A stretch of DNA of 63,488 bases, filler included, from Octopus bimaculoides (Eukaryota), in assembly GCF_001194135.2 (NCBI RefSeq). It is 4 parts of 4 records of this genome, joined end to end, with 100 filler letters (N's around TTAATTAATTAA, not from the genome) between each part and the next. Parts side by side here need not be neighbours in the genome. Positions count along the whole stretch, not along the records: positions 39,162 to 63,488 come from NC_068983.1; 3 more parts are not named here. One strand, given 5' to 3'. The translations under genes and the position numbers were made by a program. Below the pieces are notes generated by a model. That model was not told where the DNA came from. It searched no databases and saw nothing but the letters and a program-made list of their open reading frames with translations. Shown in pieces: positions 49,611-63,180 of this stretch. Each line of letters begins with the position of its first letter. Position 1 is the stretch's first letter.

Positions 49611-51231
49611 TATACATGCATACACACACAAGCACACACGCACACACACACATATATATTCATGTATACATATATGTATGCTGATATCTCTTTAAATAGA
49701 AACAAAGATAAAGAAAACATCTTCATTTCAGATATTCAAATATATCATACTTAATACAATAAGTGAAAGTATGGTCTCTTGCCTCCGTTACTTCCAAGTT
49801 CATTCTAGCGGCCAATGATTTTACTAAATATTGTTGTATTTCGGGATGGTCATTTTTGTATTTTTGTTTTGCCAAATAAACACGCGCACTGTATTTTTTT
49901 CTCTTCACACGTTCATTACTGTTCTTATTTTATAAACTCATATCTATTGTCCAGAAATATTTCGTCACACATCAGTGACCACTTCAGCAACACTTTTCGT
50001 TTTCGTGTGTGCCCTTGCTCCACTTACTCCATTTTGTTCTTCTAAGATATGTATCCTTAAGTGCGCATGCGTTTGTGTCCTTGTTTGTGTGTATTCGTGT
50101 GTGTGCGTATGTGCGTGCGTGTGTATGTGCGTGCGTGTATATGTGCGTATTGCGAATGCTGTGGAATTGCCATCTGTGGCTGTTAATATTTTCGTCTCTT
50201 GCGTATGTGGCAAATTTATATGATGAAGTTTGGTCGTAAGTGATATACTCTGATGTGATATTAAAGTTCGACATAGCTGTGCTTTGGGTAGGTAACATTG
50301 TGTAATCCCTGACTGTACAAATAAATAATTCTACACTTGATGCCGCTACTGTTGTTGTTGTTGTTGCTGATGTTGTTTAACTTTAGGTCAGTATAGAATG
50401 AGCTTGATTTTGAAACTACTGCTGCTGTTATTACTACTGTTTTACTCTTGTTTATCTGTGGTTAACGGTACATACGACCTCTTCATTTTGCTGTCGATAT
50501 TGTAATTGTCTAGCCTTATGTCAGCTGAATTTGTGAAGACCCAGACACCGCTGCTGCTGCTTACCATGTCGATGTTGCCGTGGCAACTGGTTATCACTAT
50601 TCAGCTTTGATTAAACAGGACAATGATCTGGATGCAGATGTTGTTGTTTGGCCACAGGACAGCTTCATTTGTGTAGACAACACGTCTAGTTGCAACAGCG
50701 GCAGCGGCGCCAACTGGTATCGATGTTGTTTAGAACACAGCTCTTATTGAGCAGAAGTATAAACTGACACATGTTATTAATCTTTAACTTTAGGCCTGTG
50801 ATGATTAAACCGACTCAGTGACCTACAGCAAGGGTTCATATTATTTGTCTTCCGGTCACTTTGCAAGTCAGCTCTGACCGAGTAGACCTGTAATATCGCA
50901 ACATTTGCAGCTATAACGGTTTTATTGGTAGTCACCAGTTTTTCTACAACATTTATAATAGTTAAAATAATTGTATTTTAAGGCTGCTTATCTTACACTC
51001 ATTTACGAGTGTATATTTTAATTGTCTTGAGTGAAAGTTGATATTGATAAAGCCGCCCCTTAACTTTTAAAGGATATCAACAAGTATTATATTACAGCGT
51101 TCCTTCATTTTTTCTAAGCCGTGTAAAATAACTCGAGAGGTTGGGTCTCCGCCCAGGCCTTTCGCGATAGCCGTAAAGCCAGCAACTTTTCATATATATA
51201 TATGTTAAAGTCTGTTAAAGTCTGTCATACC

Positions 51232-51271
51232 GGCCATGACGAAGGGAAATAGCCCTGAAACTCGAGTCGCC
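51232..51271 (+). ncRNA. Minimal type-I hammerhead-like motif (Penelope-type), one extra core nucleotide
   Basis: GGC-C-A-TGACGA-AGGG-AAATAG-CCCT-GAAA-CTCGAG-TC-GCC: stem I GGC/GCC, stem II AGGG/CCCT, palindromic ACTCGAGT, GUC triplet. Confidence 0.6.
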
Positions 51272-52022
51272 TTTATATATATATTTATATTTATATATTT
51301 ATATATTTGATCCTTTATATTGAACACTCAATATTCCATCTACATTCAATACTTTCTTTCATGGTGCCATCCATTTTTATTTTATTTTATTTTNNNNNNN
51401 NNNNNNNNNNNNNNNNNNNNNNNNNNNNNNNNNNNNNNNNNNNNNNNNNNNNNNNNNNNNNNNNNNNNNNNNNNNNNNNNNNNNNNNNNNNNNNNNNNNN
51501 NNNNNNNNNNNNNNNNNNNNNNNNNNNNNNNNNNNNNNNNNNNNNNNNNNNNNNNNNNNNNNNNNNNNNNNNNNNNNNNNNNNNNNNNNNNNNNNNNNNN
51601 NNNNNNNNNNNNNNNNNNNNNNNNNNNNNNNNNNNNNNNNNNNNNNNNNNNNNNNNNNNNNNNNNNNNNNNNNNNNNNNNNNNNNNNNNNNNNNNNNNNN
51701 NNNNNNNNNNNNNNNNNNNNNNNNNNNNNNNNNNNNNNNNNNNNNNNNNNNNNNNNNNNNNNNNNNNNNNNNNNNNNNNNNNNNNNNNNNNNNNNNNNNN
51801 NNNNNNNNNNNNNNNNNNNNNNNNNNNNNNNNNNNNNNNNNNNNNNNNNNNNNNNNNNNNNNNNNNNNNNNNNNNNNNNNNNNNNNNNNNNNNNNNNNNN
51901 NNNNNNNNNNNNNNNNNNNNNNNNNNNNNNNNNNNNNNNNNNNNNNNNNNNNNNNNNNNNNNNNNNNNNNNNNNNNNNNNNNNNNNNNNNNNNNNNNNNN
52001 NNNNNNNNNNNNNNNNNNNNNN

Positions 52023-52058
<36 letters not shown>

Positions 52059-53089
52059 TATAGCAATTTATAAATATACAAGGTGTAAAGATACTGACGA
52101 TTCAGCATACACCACGTAGCAAAATTACACATATTTTCAATACATATATATGTGTGTGTGCGTGTGTGTGTGTGTGTGTGTGTATGTGTGTGTGCGTATG
52201 TGTGTGCGTGTATGTATATAATTACATAAAGAAGGAAATATATAAAAAAAATTAATTCCTCAATGCTTCCGATACCGGGAATCCCATCGAGCAGAATCAG
52301 TGTGACCCAGAATATGACATTCCTACTTCTTTCCGTCCCTTTTACACTTTATCGAAGATTTTATATCTTTCCATTTTCTCTCGCAGGACTTGGTTTGAAC
52401 CTAAGGTGCAATTCTAGACAAGTATCCGAAGTGCTGTATTGTGGGAACAAATTCATTTCCTCGTGTTTGCATAACGATATTATGAACTATTCACCCGTGC
52501 TTCACACACACGCACACACATCAATATATATACACTCATACGCACACATACACGCATATACACACATATACGCATGCATGTATTGGAAATGAACGAAGAG
52601 CAAAATGCAATATTAAAATTACACTATGAAAAGCAACACTGTACACAAACCAAAAACACTCACTGACTGCTGGAAGAAATTCGCTAAGAGTAAAAAATAC
52701 AACACGACAAATATTTCAGAAGTAACAAAGTACCATTCACTCTACCCTGCCGAACAGGAAATGGGTCCATATATCGACAACACATCCCATTACGCTTGTT
52801 TGCAATTTTCAATAAAAGATCAGAATTTGCGACTTCTTCCAGATTCTTCCGCACAATATTTCCTGAAATATTTCCAAACAGCATTTGCAGAAAATATTAT
52901 ATGCGCCATAAAAGTATGCGCCATACTGAAATTTTGTCATATATTGGAGGTATGCATTCATTTCTTTATTTATTGTGGGTATATAGTCAGTTCGAAACTT
53001 AAGCAATGTTAACAACAGCTACAAATCTTAATCGTATGGCTTGCATGCATATGGAACTGAATAACTAAAAATATTATTCGCGCAATCAT

Positions 53090-53265
53090 GGGTTTCCGGA
53101 AGGTAACAAATATGCTTCACAACTGCATGGTTCTGAGGCTCTAGGTTCAGCTCCACTGCGTAGCACCTTGGGTAAGAATCTTCGGTCTAATCTCGGCAGA
53201 CATAAGGTTCGTGAAATCGTGAGTGGATTTGGTAGACACAAACTGTACGGGGCACGTCGTATATG
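53090..53265 (+). mobile_element. SINE family B, 5' half, degenerate
   Basis: AACTGCATGGTTCTG...GGTTCAGCTCCACTGCGTAGCACCTTGGGTAAG...GAGTGGATTTGGTAGACACAAACTG. Confidence 0.7.
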
Positions 53266-53594
53266 TGTATATATATATATAATTATATTAAGGAAAGCAG
53301 GGCGAAAAATTACCTGCTAGAAATAATGCCATCTTTTTACACCGTATTTGTGTGTATGTATTAACAGCACACACCCACTAAAATTCACAGTTTGGAAGTT
53401 AGTTATGAAGAGGCCCAAAATCCATTCTAAGTATCTCATTAAATTGCATTTCAATGAAGCAGGATTGCTTGATAGCGTCTGCACGGGAAAAGAATAACAA
53501 AATTACAGTTGAAGAAGAGCCCCACGATTTAAAAATAAAAGAACTTTTTTCCTGCAACAGAATCATACCCCATTGAGATTGCCTGGCGCGCGCG

Positions 53595-53656
<62 letters not shown>

Positions 53657-53699
53657 TACANNNNNNNNNNACACACACACACACACATGTCTTTTTTCT

Positions 53700-53901
53700 T
53701 TTATTTATCTCAGTTACTAGACTGCGGCCATGCTGGAAAACTGCCTTGAAGTATTTTTATTCGAATGAATCGACCCCAGTATAGATTGTTTTTAAAGCTG
53801 GTATTTATATATCGGGGTCATTTGGCGAACTGCTTAGTTACGGGGACAGAAACTGACCAACATCGGTTGTCAAGCGGTGGTAGAGTCAAGCCCAGACACG
53901 G

Positions 53902-53952
<51 letters not shown>

Positions 53953-54135
53953 GACACACGCACATACATGTATACGACGGGTTCTTTCAGTTTTCGTCAA
54001 CAAAATTCACTCACAATACTTTAATTGGCCGAAGGTTACAGGAGATGACACTCGTCCAAGTTAACCCGCAGTGGGAGTTAACTTGGAACAATGTGGTTGA
54101 GAAGCAAGTTACTTACCACACAATCGCCTGTCTAC
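53700..54135 (-). mobile_element. SINE family B, near full length with internal (CA)n
   Basis: GACTGCGGCCATGCTGG...CATCGGTTGTCAAGCGGTGG, (CA)n, GACGGGTTCTTTCAGTTTTCGTC...AAGCAAGTTACTTACCACAC. Confidence 0.85.
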
Positions 54136-55459
54136 ACGCCTGTCTTCGTCATTTTATTTCCCTACTTTTCATCCGATGTTTCCTTATGTACATCCTGTCG
54201 CTAAGAACTTCAGTAAAACCAAACCGACAGAATAAGTTCTGTATTCACAAATAAGTACTACGGTCGAACTGATCAACAGTGTTCCAGCATGGCCGCAGTG
54301 CATTGACAGAAGCCAGTAGAAGAGTTAAAAAGATTGATATATTAAATACAAAATTTGATGCAATTGTTAAATTAGTGGCTTTCACACTGAGATATTTGTC
54401 ACAGAATATAATAGGTCTGTCATCTTGATCACAACGCAATTCTGATCAAAAACCAGTCTGCTCTAATTCAATCCTTGTTTACTCTGAAAGATTCGGTTTT
54501 GATCAGTGCCGGGAATCATTGCAGTGAAAAGCTGTTTCAAGTAATCGATTTCCATAGAAATATATTTACAGTCGGAGTTGTATTGCAAGTAAATCAATTA
54601 TTCTCTGTCTAGACGTATGCTATTTGTTGGTGTTGTAAGAGAATGAAAAGAGACGGAAAATAACGGATGACATTTCGTTCTATTTATTTCGTATTCAGTA
54701 CAAGGACTCTTACTTTCAAGTTAGAATATTTACATTGATAAATACGTTCAGGAAAAATTTAATCACCCAGATTGTGTAGTCAGTAAACTCTTAAGTCAAG
54801 AAATATGGCAGTTTAAATCTATATACATCTAGAATATGAAAGAGCTCCAAACAAGTTGAGAAAAACGAAATAACTACAAAGGAAAAATAAATAAATAGAA
54901 ATAGGAAAGTATAATTTAGATTGATCAATTGGTAGAGGACATTAGATTTTTTTTCTTTTTTAATATTATAATGCTGAATTTGGCAATAAAGAATATAAAA
55001 ATGATTTACAGTTATTCAATCAGTTTGCGAATGTATGTAATTTAATTATTAAAGCACGCCACTTATAACCTAACATTTTAAATAACCACTGTTATCAAGG
55101 AGTATTTTATATATAGGTACCCTTGTATTCGTCCTTTAAATTTCAGTTACATGATCATTTATACTTCTCTAGCTTTGACAATTCCATCAGACTTTTATTT
55201 CTCAGTGTTCGTTGTAGGTGAACATCTACATAGGACTATTACTTTTGATTAAATTTTTTTTCTTCCATCTCTTCTTTTGATTTCACCCAAATATTCAAAT
55301 GATGCTTAATAAGCTTTCAATGTAAAGAACAAAAAAAAAATTATTAAATGTATTGCTGGTCATGGAGTGAGAAAGGTGCAATATTGATCACAGGACAATG
55401 GGAGATAACTAGGTCAGGATTTGTTTAGGATAGAACAGACCCATGTCATGCAGAGATGA

Positions 55460-56810
55460 TTATAATTGGAGTTTCTGGATCACAGTTGCAAGTGCTTCAC
55501 CATCAATGTTGTATGTCTTGGATGTAATGCAGGAGTAATAACTTTTTCTGATTTCTTCCAGCCACAGAGCATCTTGGTTAAATTCCTTTTCTTCACTCCA
55601 GATTTTCCTCCAGAAGGAGTCTATGTCTTCTCGTGAAAGAGCTTCCGTGATGTTTACTGCTCCTCTTCTCATGTCTCTGTATACTGCTTCCCGGTTGTGG
55701 TTAAATTTTTTTGTTTGTTGTTTTTCTCTCGGTTATTCTCTTCTGATATCGTAGTTTTTCACTGACAGCTTGTAGCTCTTGCTTGAGGGGGATCAGTTTG
55801 CAAGTGAGTGTCCTCTTTTTGCTGTCTCCAAACATCATTTCTATCTCCTTCTTTACTCCCTGTTGGTAGGACGTATAGTGATTTGCTTGTTTGCATGCAA
55901 TAAGCATCATTACCTGACTGATGGTCTTCCGTAAACCAGTTATCTTTTTCTCTGTCTGCAAAACCTATGATGGTACTTTCTTTGTTATTTCAGCTTTGTT
56001 TACTTTTTGAATATCATACATGTACTGTTTTACAGTAGTAGCCAGCGCCTATAGACAGGCGTTAATCTGCCAGTATGTGGGTTCATCACATTGTTGTAAA
56101 TACTCATCACGAATTTCGTTAACAGTTTTTAATTCCGTATCTCGTGGATTTCTACTTACTTTGGTAGAAAATATTCTCTCCTTAAGAGAGTCATTCAAAG
56201 CCAAAGTTATTTTTTCTCGGAAAATTTCAGTAAGGGCATATTTCACTGGCATAATATCCTGACTACCACTACTGCAAAAATAATCGTAGTGGTTGTGCCT
56301 GCTATTTATCATAGTCGTAGGGGACAGAGGTCCGTTACTTGAGCCAGTAATATAGTTTGGCTGGCAGGCACTATAGAATCTGTTGGAATGTCGCTAGCTC
56401 CGAAACCACGTGACGGTCTTATATCATTCACGCTTTCGGTTTTGCTTATAGAGTTAGGAAGAAGGTTGATTTCCGATTTCTTAATAAAGTTACAGTTAGT
56501 AACCTTCTGTGTATGTTCTACAAATGTTGCTTTTTGGCGTAGATGTTTCGCAAAAAAAAAAAGGTTTTAAATCTGGACGCAGATCGTCCCAGTATGTTTT
56601 CAATCGTTTCATATAGCCAACAGTGGGGTTTTGTTTCGCTTTTTCGTAGAAATTAAATAGATCATTATTCAATTCCTAACTTCAAGACAAATGAGTTTTG
56701 TGGTTACGGTTTCTTCTATAACTACGGCTAGAATGAAATTGTTTACCTGTTGAGCTATTGTTTTCGTTCTGTTTCTCGATTGTGTTGTTGATGATGTTGT
56801 GTCCAGCCAT
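55460..56810 (-). mobile_element. R4/Dong-clade LINE, N-terminal (pre-RT) ORF remnant
   Basis: From ATG 56810: ...ELNNDLFNFYEKAKQNPTVGYMKRLKTYWDDLRP, later QELQAVSEKLRYQKR...KKFNHNREAVYRDM...EDIDSFWRKIWS...FNQDALWL. These match the R4/Dong N-terminal and pre-RT (FWxxIW) motifs. Confidence 0.75.
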
Positions 56811-59345
56811 GTTGTTTGTAGTAACTCTCTGCATGCTAAATTCAAGTTTCAGCCGAAAATCATTACGATCATGAATAAAATACTCCCTCAGTTAATTCCT
56901 CTGAAGATTAACCAGTTACTTAACAAGGCTAATAGCTGTGACTCTAAAGTTGGGGATAGTATTCATAGTATTTTCGATAGTCTCCCACGCCAAATACGCG
57001 ACTCGTCGCTTCAAATGTTTCATGTATATATGTATGTAACTATCTATGTATGTATGTATGTAACTATCTATCTACGTGAATCTGTGTACGTGTGTATCTG
57101 TGTGTTTTCTGTTTGGAATTCTATTTTGTTCCAGAGACGAATTATGCATATGGGTAATGGATATTGTACTTCTGCATCTAGAGAGGAGCCATTAACAAAC
57201 TAAGCACTGGGATTCTTACATTAAAGATAGTCTTCATCTAGGCACTGACACTTCACACAAGAACTGGAAAATCAAAGAATACTCTATTGCATCAAGGAAA
57301 GAAATCGTTTCAAAATAATGATATATGATGCTAGCAAAGAAAAGGCCTGGTAAAGTATTAAATGTTGAGACTAATTATTACAGATATATGTTCATAACAC
57401 TAAATGCTACTATCCATAGAGCATATGGATATATCACAATCAGAGGCATTTTTGTGGGGAAATGTAGAGTAAAATGTACTTAATTTCTGATCGGCATAAC
57501 GAAATCTTATGTTTAAGCATTCACGAGAAATGGCACACAATACAAAGTCAACTCGATAGCTAATCAATTGTTTGCGGTAGAGTGAAGAAATTAACGAAAT
57601 GATTACTCGTGAAATGTAACAGGCAAATGTGATGATAGAAATAATTAAAGGCTGTTGAGATAAGCTCTTCAATAGTTGAGTTAAATGAACTGACAGATAT
57701 GATGATAAATCGTAATTCGATTTTGGTGATTAGCTAAATGCTGCTAAGAAAAAGATCAGTTCATCTATCATATAAATTATGTGTTACGTAGTTTGCACTT
57801 CATGAAAGTTACAACGGCTGAAACGATAAGAAGGAGCCGTTAATTCTGTTTATAAGTTATGCGTTCGTCCTTTGTTGTTTAACAATGATTTGTGACTTTG
57901 AACAAACTTATTTGGTTTCAAATATACCTGACTGTATATCAATGGTATTGATGTCATGTGAGTTGATGGCAAACAATAATTGTACTACTAGTCTTGATAT
58001 CTAGTTACAGGCCTTGAAAACAAAAGGAAAACTTTAGAGAACTACCAGCTGAGTAGGATTATGTTTGTGCGGTTAAATGGGTACAGGCAGGTTTGGGTAG
58101 CTAATATTTTTGTTTTGCATCTACTCAATTTGGATTTCAATTCTACATGGCAGTAGCTTGAACAAATGTATCCTGCCATAGTATCGAATAGACAAAAGAT
58201 TGTTCAGTGAAATTTTGTAGATGAAATCTGTGTGGAACTCAGTCGGACAGACCGTTCTTCTCCAAGGTGGAGACATAGAATTTTTGTACCAATTTAATCC
58301 CACTATTAGGCATTTCAAGGCCTTTAACTGGAATTTAATCCGTTTGAAGCGTTCGGGTTACGTTTCTGTTCTTACGATAAATTTACCCCTTCTCTCCTTA
58401 AAAATCAAAAATTATGCTGTCAATATCCCTTCTCCTCTACATGACCAATATAGTATATTTATTATCTGCGAGACTCTAAATAAATCCGTCGCCCTCTTCT
58501 AAAGCACAACCGTAAATCAGTTCAATAACACTGTCAAATGATTCGTTAACTTGTAATACATTGTTCAATTACTGAAACGAAACGTTTTCTTGCAATAAAC
58601 TAACAATCTAGTCAGGTTCAAAATGTTCATTGAAGCGCACAACGTCACAGAAAACGGAAACGAACGATCACCTACAGATATTTACGCAGAGTCGAGTTTA
58701 ACTTGTTCTTGTCTGCAACTCTATCAAATATGATTACAGAGATTCTGTTCGTTCCTGACAATTATTTCTGTAGTTCTTAAAATAATTGAAAGCGATACCA
58801 CTGGATGTAGACGTTTCTCCAATTCGAGACAATTTCCCACCCTGTAACACACACCTACTTCCAACGGAATGCGATGACATGTGTACGTACTAGTCTATGA
58901 TATGAGAATTTTGTTTGTAAACTGAGAAAATATATTCTGGCCAAGTCAGGTCCAGTCTGAATACAACTGCCTCTTGTCCTGACAGCGACCCAAAAGATCA
59001 TGTAAAATCGTCAACAGATTAACTCTCTACATCCCAATTGGACTCAATCGAGGGTCTTTCTTGAGGTTTGTAGAATATCAGCAAGTTTTCATCGTAAACT
59101 CAAGTTATGGTTCTAAACAAGTAACCGAATATCCGTTATGAAGTAATATAGCACCTTCTAATCCGAAACTAATAAAGAATAGCAAAGGTACATATTTTTC
59201 CGCAGGCTTACTGATCATGAGACACGTTTTTACGGAAAAATAAAACCTTAAGCTTAACATGCTTAGCCGGAGATATAAATGAAATGACATACCTCTTGGC
59301 GTAAAATTAGACATTTTTCTAACGTTCTATTTACTAAAGAATATT

Positions 59346-59698
59346 GCTTTCAAATTTTGGCACAAGGCCAGAAATTTCGGGTGATGGGATAAATCGATTA
59401 CATCGACTCCAACTTTCAACTGGTACTTAATTTATCGACCCCTAAAGGACGAAAGGCAATGTCGACCACGGCGGAATTTGAACTCAGAACGTAAAGACAG
59501 ACGAAATACCGCTAAGCATTTCGCCGGCGTGCTAACGTTTCTTATTTCTTTACTGCCCACAAGGGGCTACATACAGAGGGGACAAACAAGTACAGACAAA
59601 CGGATTAAGTCGATTATATCGACCCCAGTACGTAATTGGTACTTATTTAATCGACCCCGAAAAGATGAAGGGCAAAGTTTCTGCCAGATCGTCGCCTT
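59346..59698 (-). mobile_element. Composite SINE A2::A1 dimer, first unit internally shortened
   Basis: Head, shortened A2, junction AAAGAAATA-AGAAACGTTAGCACG, then A1. Outer TSD ATTTACT(A/T)AGAATATT-like at 59329-59345 and 59699-59715 (16/17). Confidence 0.88.
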
Positions 59699-59952
59699 AT
59701 TTACTATAGAATATTAAAAGAGCGTCGGATAAAAGAATATCAAGTCCTAGAGAGGGAGTTCACTTGTGCATACTTAGTGATTGAGAAAGTATAGTTGCAT
59801 ATATTTAGAGACGTAACTTATAAATATACTTCAAAATACAGTAAATAGCATATATCTTCAGGATATTATACATGATTCGAAATTTTTTAAGTTTTACATT
59901 TTTAGAAATGGGATAATTTGAGCAATTTAAATCTAGATCAACTTGCACATTT

Positions 59953-60185
59953 GAAAGGGCATCGCCTAATGGTGAGAGATGGTGCACTCATGATCGTAAG
60001 AACGTAGTTTCGATTCCCGGTCCGGGAAATGAATTCCCATACCGACAAAATACTTCATTACACATTGTTCTGAGACACTCGTCTCTAAATAAGTTCCAGC
60101 ACCCGCTGGGAAGATAGACCTGCGACGGCCCGGTGTCCCGTTCCGACAGGAGTGTTGCAACCTCCTTTACGTATAAGCTTGCAAC
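59953..60185 (+). mobile_element. SINE family C, degenerate
   Basis: GCCTAATGGTGAG...CACTCATGATCGTAAG...GTTTCGATTCCCGGTCCGG...CCTGCGACGGCCCGGTGTCCCGTTCC. Confidence 0.65.
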
Positions 60186-61140
60186 ACACTTTAAATCAGT
60201 ATAAATGAAAAAACGCGTGACATGTATAGCATTTAATTATTTAGATATGTACTTAGAAATGGGAAATAATAGTAAAAAATGGTACTGGAAACAAAAGTAA
60301 CGTTACAGGAATGGCATTATCAAGAGAACAATGAAGTCAGAATATATAAAAAGAATATAACTTGCAGGGTTCCAACTCCTCTTTGGACATTGACATTCCT
60401 CTGATAAGAACGGTAGAACTAAAATATACCTTTAGTTGTATAATATAAGAAATATATAACATATGTCTTCTTTATTTAGTTATGAGAAACATAGTTTAAT
60501 GTTGTCTGTTGCATATATTTTTGAAGAATCGTGTATATGAATTCGCATAAAAAATAAATAATTTAGAGATTTAGCAATGCAAATTTAATAAAGCACCAAA
60601 CAAACATATTGCAGATTTATCTTACAGGCAGCATTTGATATTTTTCTCATATCTCTGATACAAAATATCATTTCTATGGCATCCTTAAGATGGAAATGTC
60701 AAAAATAAATAATAATGAAAATTGTATTGTTACTATGTTCTGAAATTTCTGTTGAACTTCATATAGAAAATTCTTGAAAAATATACCTGTCACATCAATT
60801 TATAAACTTTTTACAATTAGCCAAATGAACTGAGATAAATTTACTTTTTTACCTCCGGCATGCAGATAATTTTTAACATTTCAGCAAAACATCTTTCAAA
60901 GATGGAAGACTTCAGTACGTCTGCCGCATGCGTTGATGTACATGAATGAACTTTTATTGTACCAGTAATTATTAATTACCTCTATATTTTCTTGCCATAT
61001 TTGAGATGGTCTTTGTTTTGCCAAATAAACATACGCGCCATATACACGTTCTTCACTTAGTATTGTTTTTATTTTAGTGTCCTTTATTCGAAATCATCCG
61101 TCAAGCATACTGTGATCTCTTTAGTAATTCTCCATTCGAC

Positions 61141-61252
61141 GTGGGAGAGAAGCCACATGGGCGAGGAGTTGTGTGGGAGAGGCGCCGCGTGTGAGAAGCG
61201 CTGCTTGGAAGAGTAGCCGTGTGGGAGAGGAGCCACGTGGGAGAGGAGACAC
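61141..61252. repeat. GC-rich 16-bp minisatellite, 7 diverged units
   Basis: Exact 16-bp phase with consensus GTGGGAGAGGAGCCAC. Confidence 0.85.
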
Positions 61253-61924
61253 ATGCGATAGATTCGTTGAAGAGGCCACAGGATATGTGACGAACGATTC
61301 CGGATAAAGGACACGAAAATAAGACTAATAATAAATCTGAAGTGAAGGACGAGTATATAGTATGCGTGGGTATTTAGAAAAAAAGTAATAAATGACCGTT
61401 CCAAAATAAAACGATATCTGTTCCAACATACGATTTCATATCAGGAATCTTGCAAAGCAAGCGCATAGACGTAAATCATTTATATTTCATGATTGAACTT
61501 CTATTTGTTTTAGTCATGCTGGGGTAGTGACTTGAAGGACTATAGTCAAACAAATCGAATAAAGCAGTATTTTTCTTTTTTTTTCTTTCATATCATTGTA
61601 TTGATTGTAACGGTTTCTCTTGCGGAAATGCTAAGTTCTGATACATAAACAAATCAACACCACTTGCCAAGTGGAGGTCGAGATAGACCCAGACACAAGA
61701 ACACACGCACACACGAACGCACGCATTCATGCACAGGCACACATACATAAACACACAGACAGGCATTCTCTCTCTCTCTCTCTCTCTCTCTGGTACACAC
61801 TCATACACTCATAAGCGCATATTGAATGATATAGTCATGGAGTCTCACATAAATAACTTCAAATTTCTCTACCAAAGATAAAGCGATTGCAGCACTTCTT
61901 CAGCTTTTTTTAATTTCTTTTTTC

Positions 61925-62145
61925 TTTATTTCCCACAAGGGGCTAAACATATAGAGGACAAACAAGGACAGACAAAGGGATTAAGCCGATTACATCGAAC
62001 TCAGTGCGTAACTGGTATTTAAATTATCGACCCTGAATTGATGAAAGGTAAAGTCTACCTCAGCGGAATTTGAACTCAGAATGCAACGGCAGACGAAATA
62101 CCGCTAAGCATTTCGCCAGGCGTGCTAACGTTTCTGACAGCTCGC
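61925..62145 (-). mobile_element. SINE family A (A2)
   Basis: CCCACAAGGGGCTAAAC...GACAAACAAGGACAGACAAAGGGATTAAG...CGGAATTTGAACTCAG...GCTAACGTTTCTGACAGCTCGC. Confidence 0.9.
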
Positions 62146-62532
62146 TTTTTTTCAATGTCTCTCTGCTATATTTACTGAAAAGGCTTGTTTGGATAGGGTT
62201 TAAAACAGAAGACAAATGCCCAAGGTGCCATCCAGTGGTACTGGAATCAGAACCATATTATTCTCAAGCAGACGACTTGTAATCACCCAGTTACGTCTGC
62301 GCCTAATTCACATCTTTAGGTCCGCTTTACTGTATAGAGTTACTGAGTTTATGTTTGTGTATTTATTTTATTCCACTTTTCCATGTACAGAGGTGGTGAC
62401 ATACACGTTTCAGTCTTTTAGGTACCTCCACATAAACTCGAGGGTATATGTGTATATGCGTGTGTGCATGTTTGTGTAGGTGTTTGCGTACTTGTAAGAT
62501 ATGTAAGATAATATATATATATACATATATAA

Positions 62533-62573
<41 letters not shown>

Positions 62574-62660
62574 GTGAGAGAGAGAGAGAGAGAGAGAGGG
62601 AGAGATAGAGAGAGATGTATGTATGTATGTGTGTATGTTTGTATGTATGTATTGAATTTT

Positions 62661-63180
62661 ATCACATTTTCCAATCCCATGTCGACGTAAAACAGGCCAT
62701 GGAACGTAGTCCTTTTCAACCCTTGCATTGAAATCTCCCAATATGACCAGCTTGTCACAAATTGGTACTTTCCTCGATAAGTCTGCTACATCATCATAAA
62801 ACCGTTCTACAGTTTCATCAGAATGGGAGATTGTTGGTGCATGAATACTGAAAACGGTAAGAAACCTACCTTTTGTCACTTTAATAGGGCAAGATATAGT
62901 CTGTTCAGATATACCACTTGGAACGTCTGCAATGGAGGATACTAATGTATTCTTGCTAGCAAACCCAACACCAGATTCTCTACGCTGACCCTTAGGTAGG
63001 CCTCTCCAAAAGATAGTGTATCCATAAATAGGTTCATTTACTTAACCCTCACGAGTTTCAGAGAGCGCGACTATATCATATTTCTTAAGCTCACATGCAA
63101 TAAGTGCAGTACGTCTTTCTTGTCGCTTGTTGAAATTATCATCTAGAAGTGTACGCACGTTCCAACAGCCACAATTCAAA
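62661..63180 (-). pseudogene. RTE-clade LINE apurinic-like endonuclease domain remnant
   Basis: Continuous frame with one stop: LNCGCWNVRTLLD...ERRTALIACELKKYDIVALSETREG*...GYTIFWRG...RRESGVGFA...SIHAPT...VILGDFNARV...HGIGKC, the hallmark motifs of RTE/BovB-like endonucleases. Confidence 0.9.
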
